From assembly GCA_053919585.1 (NCBI GenBank), contig CM132809.1: 64,000 nucleotides of DNA, one strand, 5' to 3'. The notes beneath the pieces were generated by a model. The model had not been told where the DNA came from and did no database searches. It saw only the letters and a program-made list of their open reading frames with translations. Source of the DNA: Euprymna scolopes. Taxonomy: Eukaryota. Positions within the stretch are counted from its first letter, which is position 1. Every line of letters begins with the position of its first letter. A program made the position numbers and the translations under genes. This document shows positions 61,791-64,000 of the stretch, piece after piece.

Positions 61791-62511
61791 CGCAGGGGTA
61801 AATATTGAAAAACTGGCATGTGATGGGCATCAGATTTTTTATCTGTTTGCTGTTTCACGACTGCGCATGCATGAATGGTACACATGACATATTTATTGTT
61901 AAAATTAAATAGATTTGAAAACCCTTTTAAAAGCCCGTGTGAAGCCGGCCTAATTGTTATCAAACTTGATTTCTTATTTTAAGGTTTTGGTATCGATCTC
62001 AGCTTGAGTATTTAAAAATTTTTTTTTTTTTTTTACAAGAAATGAACTGTTTAGAAAAAAAACAATACTCGAATGCACATATCTAAGTTTCTGTATGAAT
62101 TGGAATATAATATTTACGGGTATTTTACTAGTGGACAACTCCGGAAGGCCTGCTTAATAAGAAATAAAATACAACACTAAAACTTGAAGGTGGGATAAAA
62201 GAAGATATATTCGCATAATAAAAACGAATGTGTAAAAATAATGTTATAAATTTAGTATCAATATAATACAAGCAAGTCTCAAGTAGATCATTATTCGTAA
62301 AGTGCATCTGGTGTCCTTTGAATCGAGCGAGTATTCATAAAGGCCAAACTGGCGACCATTAACAAAAGATACAGATGATTACGATTAGACACTCAGTCAA
62401 CAATTAGAAGCTGTTTAACCGTTCGGCTTTACTACATAGGCTGGCCTCCCCCTCTTTAATTTCACTTGTTTCATCAACATTTTCATTCAAATTAAATAAT
62501 TTTGTATAACA

Positions 62512-63455
62512 CTAGATGTACCCGTCATTACCCGGTTTAAACGTAACGTTGAATTATTTTTTTTTTTTAATCTTAGACCTGGTCATGCGAGTATTTTTTT
62601 TTTAACTGTTCAATTTTTGTAAGTAAAAAAAAATACTAGAGCTGAGATGGAAACCTAACGACAGTAAATAACATGCGGTAACCATTAAGCCAACTTTACA
62701 CGTTCTTTAAAAATGTTTTCAAACTTGCTTATTCTTAATCTAAAATGAACAATTCGCGAATGCGCAGTCGTGAAACAGTTAAAAATCTTATGACTCCCAC
62801 GTACCAATTTTTCAGTTTTGAACCCTTAGCTGCACATTTTGCCGGATGAAAATGAATTAGTTTTTCACAAGTCTGAATACCTTATACATCAAATTTGAAA
62901 TTAGTAAATCCAAGGTTAGTTGAGTATATATGTTGGGAAGTATCCTCTCATACACAGACACATTCACATTTTTATGAATTTACTAGCAGGCCGGTCGACG
63001 TTTTCCGGGCGTAAAATACGCATAAATGTGATATCTTAATTCAGAAACTAAGAAATTCCCATGCGAGTATTATATCTTTTTCTAAACTTCTTGTAAGTAA
63101 AGAAAAAGTACTCGACCTGAGATCGAACCCAAAGCCTAAAGACAGTGACTCAAACACGATAACCATTAGACCAGAGCGACACGAATTTTTGTTTTCAAAC
63201 TACTTATTCGTAAGTTGTAATGTGAACTATTCACGCATGCGCATTCGTGAAACAAGTAGCAAACAAATAAAAATCCTACGAATCCCACGTACAATTTTTT
63301 TCAATTTTGACTCCCTAGCAATGTTTCCCCCTCGCCCTAATGAAAAGGGATTAAAAGGTTTTTCACGTGTGTGAATACTCTGTACCAAAACTCAAGTTTG
63401 TAGAAAAAAAAACGATTAGTATATAGGATGCGAATTGTCACTTTTCTAGATTTAG
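62512..63455 (-). mobile_element. Two related Helitrons in tandem
   Basis: A|CTAG plus hairpin ends at 62512 and 62983. Shared internal blocks (CATGCGAGTATT, TGCGCA.TCGTGAAACA) and a tRNA-like segment. Confidence 0.6.
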
Positions 63456-64000
63456 ATTATTTATCCGACTTTTTTTTTTATATGGATTGATTCTGCCCAT
63501 TGTATTCTTCAGACTACCGTTTTTATCTTCATCGTTATTGCTCTCACGACAAGAGAAGGATTAAATCTAGTAATTTACTCTCGTCCTTTCGTTTGTTTGC
63601 CCTTTTTTTTTTAAATTTGCACAAACGTTAGTCATGGAAAAAGTAAATAATTGCCAGAGAGGATTTATTCACTCGAGGAGATAGGCCCTGTATGCTTGGC
63701 TTTTTATTTTTACAATGTTTCGATTAGCGTAGCTTACAACCTATCTCTCGTGTACTCTAATGAACTCTGAAATTCTTTCTCTCGAACTTTGTCTGCGGAA
63801 AGTTGTAGCATGGTGGATAGAGCATTTGGTAAAATTCAATTGCAAAAGTTATACTTTTCTAAAAATTGGGGTTTCAATCCGCGGTGCGGGCGACACTCAA
63901 AAATGCAATTGTGAATTTCTTTGGACCTCTATCCAGTCATGATTGACGAAACGAGAGCATGCTACCCCCGTGTGTTAAATAAATGGTTCCGTTATGAATT

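Overview
AT-rich animal genomic DNA with four N-gaps. It is probably an invertebrate; a lophotrochozoan such as a mollusc is my guess from repeat content and a TTAGGG-type insertion. I cannot support any intact host protein-coding gene. The window is a patchwork of decayed mobile elements: CR1/Jockey-group LINEs, an R4/Dong-like RLE fragment, an RTE fragment, SINEs, Tc1/mariner relics, MITEs, many non-autonomous Helitron/Helentron-type elements and a Penelope-like (PLE) endonuclease remnant. It also has microsatellites and three minisatellite arrays (33 bp x ~100, 31 bp x ~13, ~28 bp x ~68). The most interesting signal is a set of fold-back cassettes from four families with unrelated sequence. 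Each carries a type I hammerhead ribozyme and abuts (TA)n. Three families share an unexplained GCTC-N12-GAGC-ACTYTT hairpin 34-38 nt downstream of the cleavage site, a few bases past the element/(TA)n junction. All structures were paired by eye and no searches were run.
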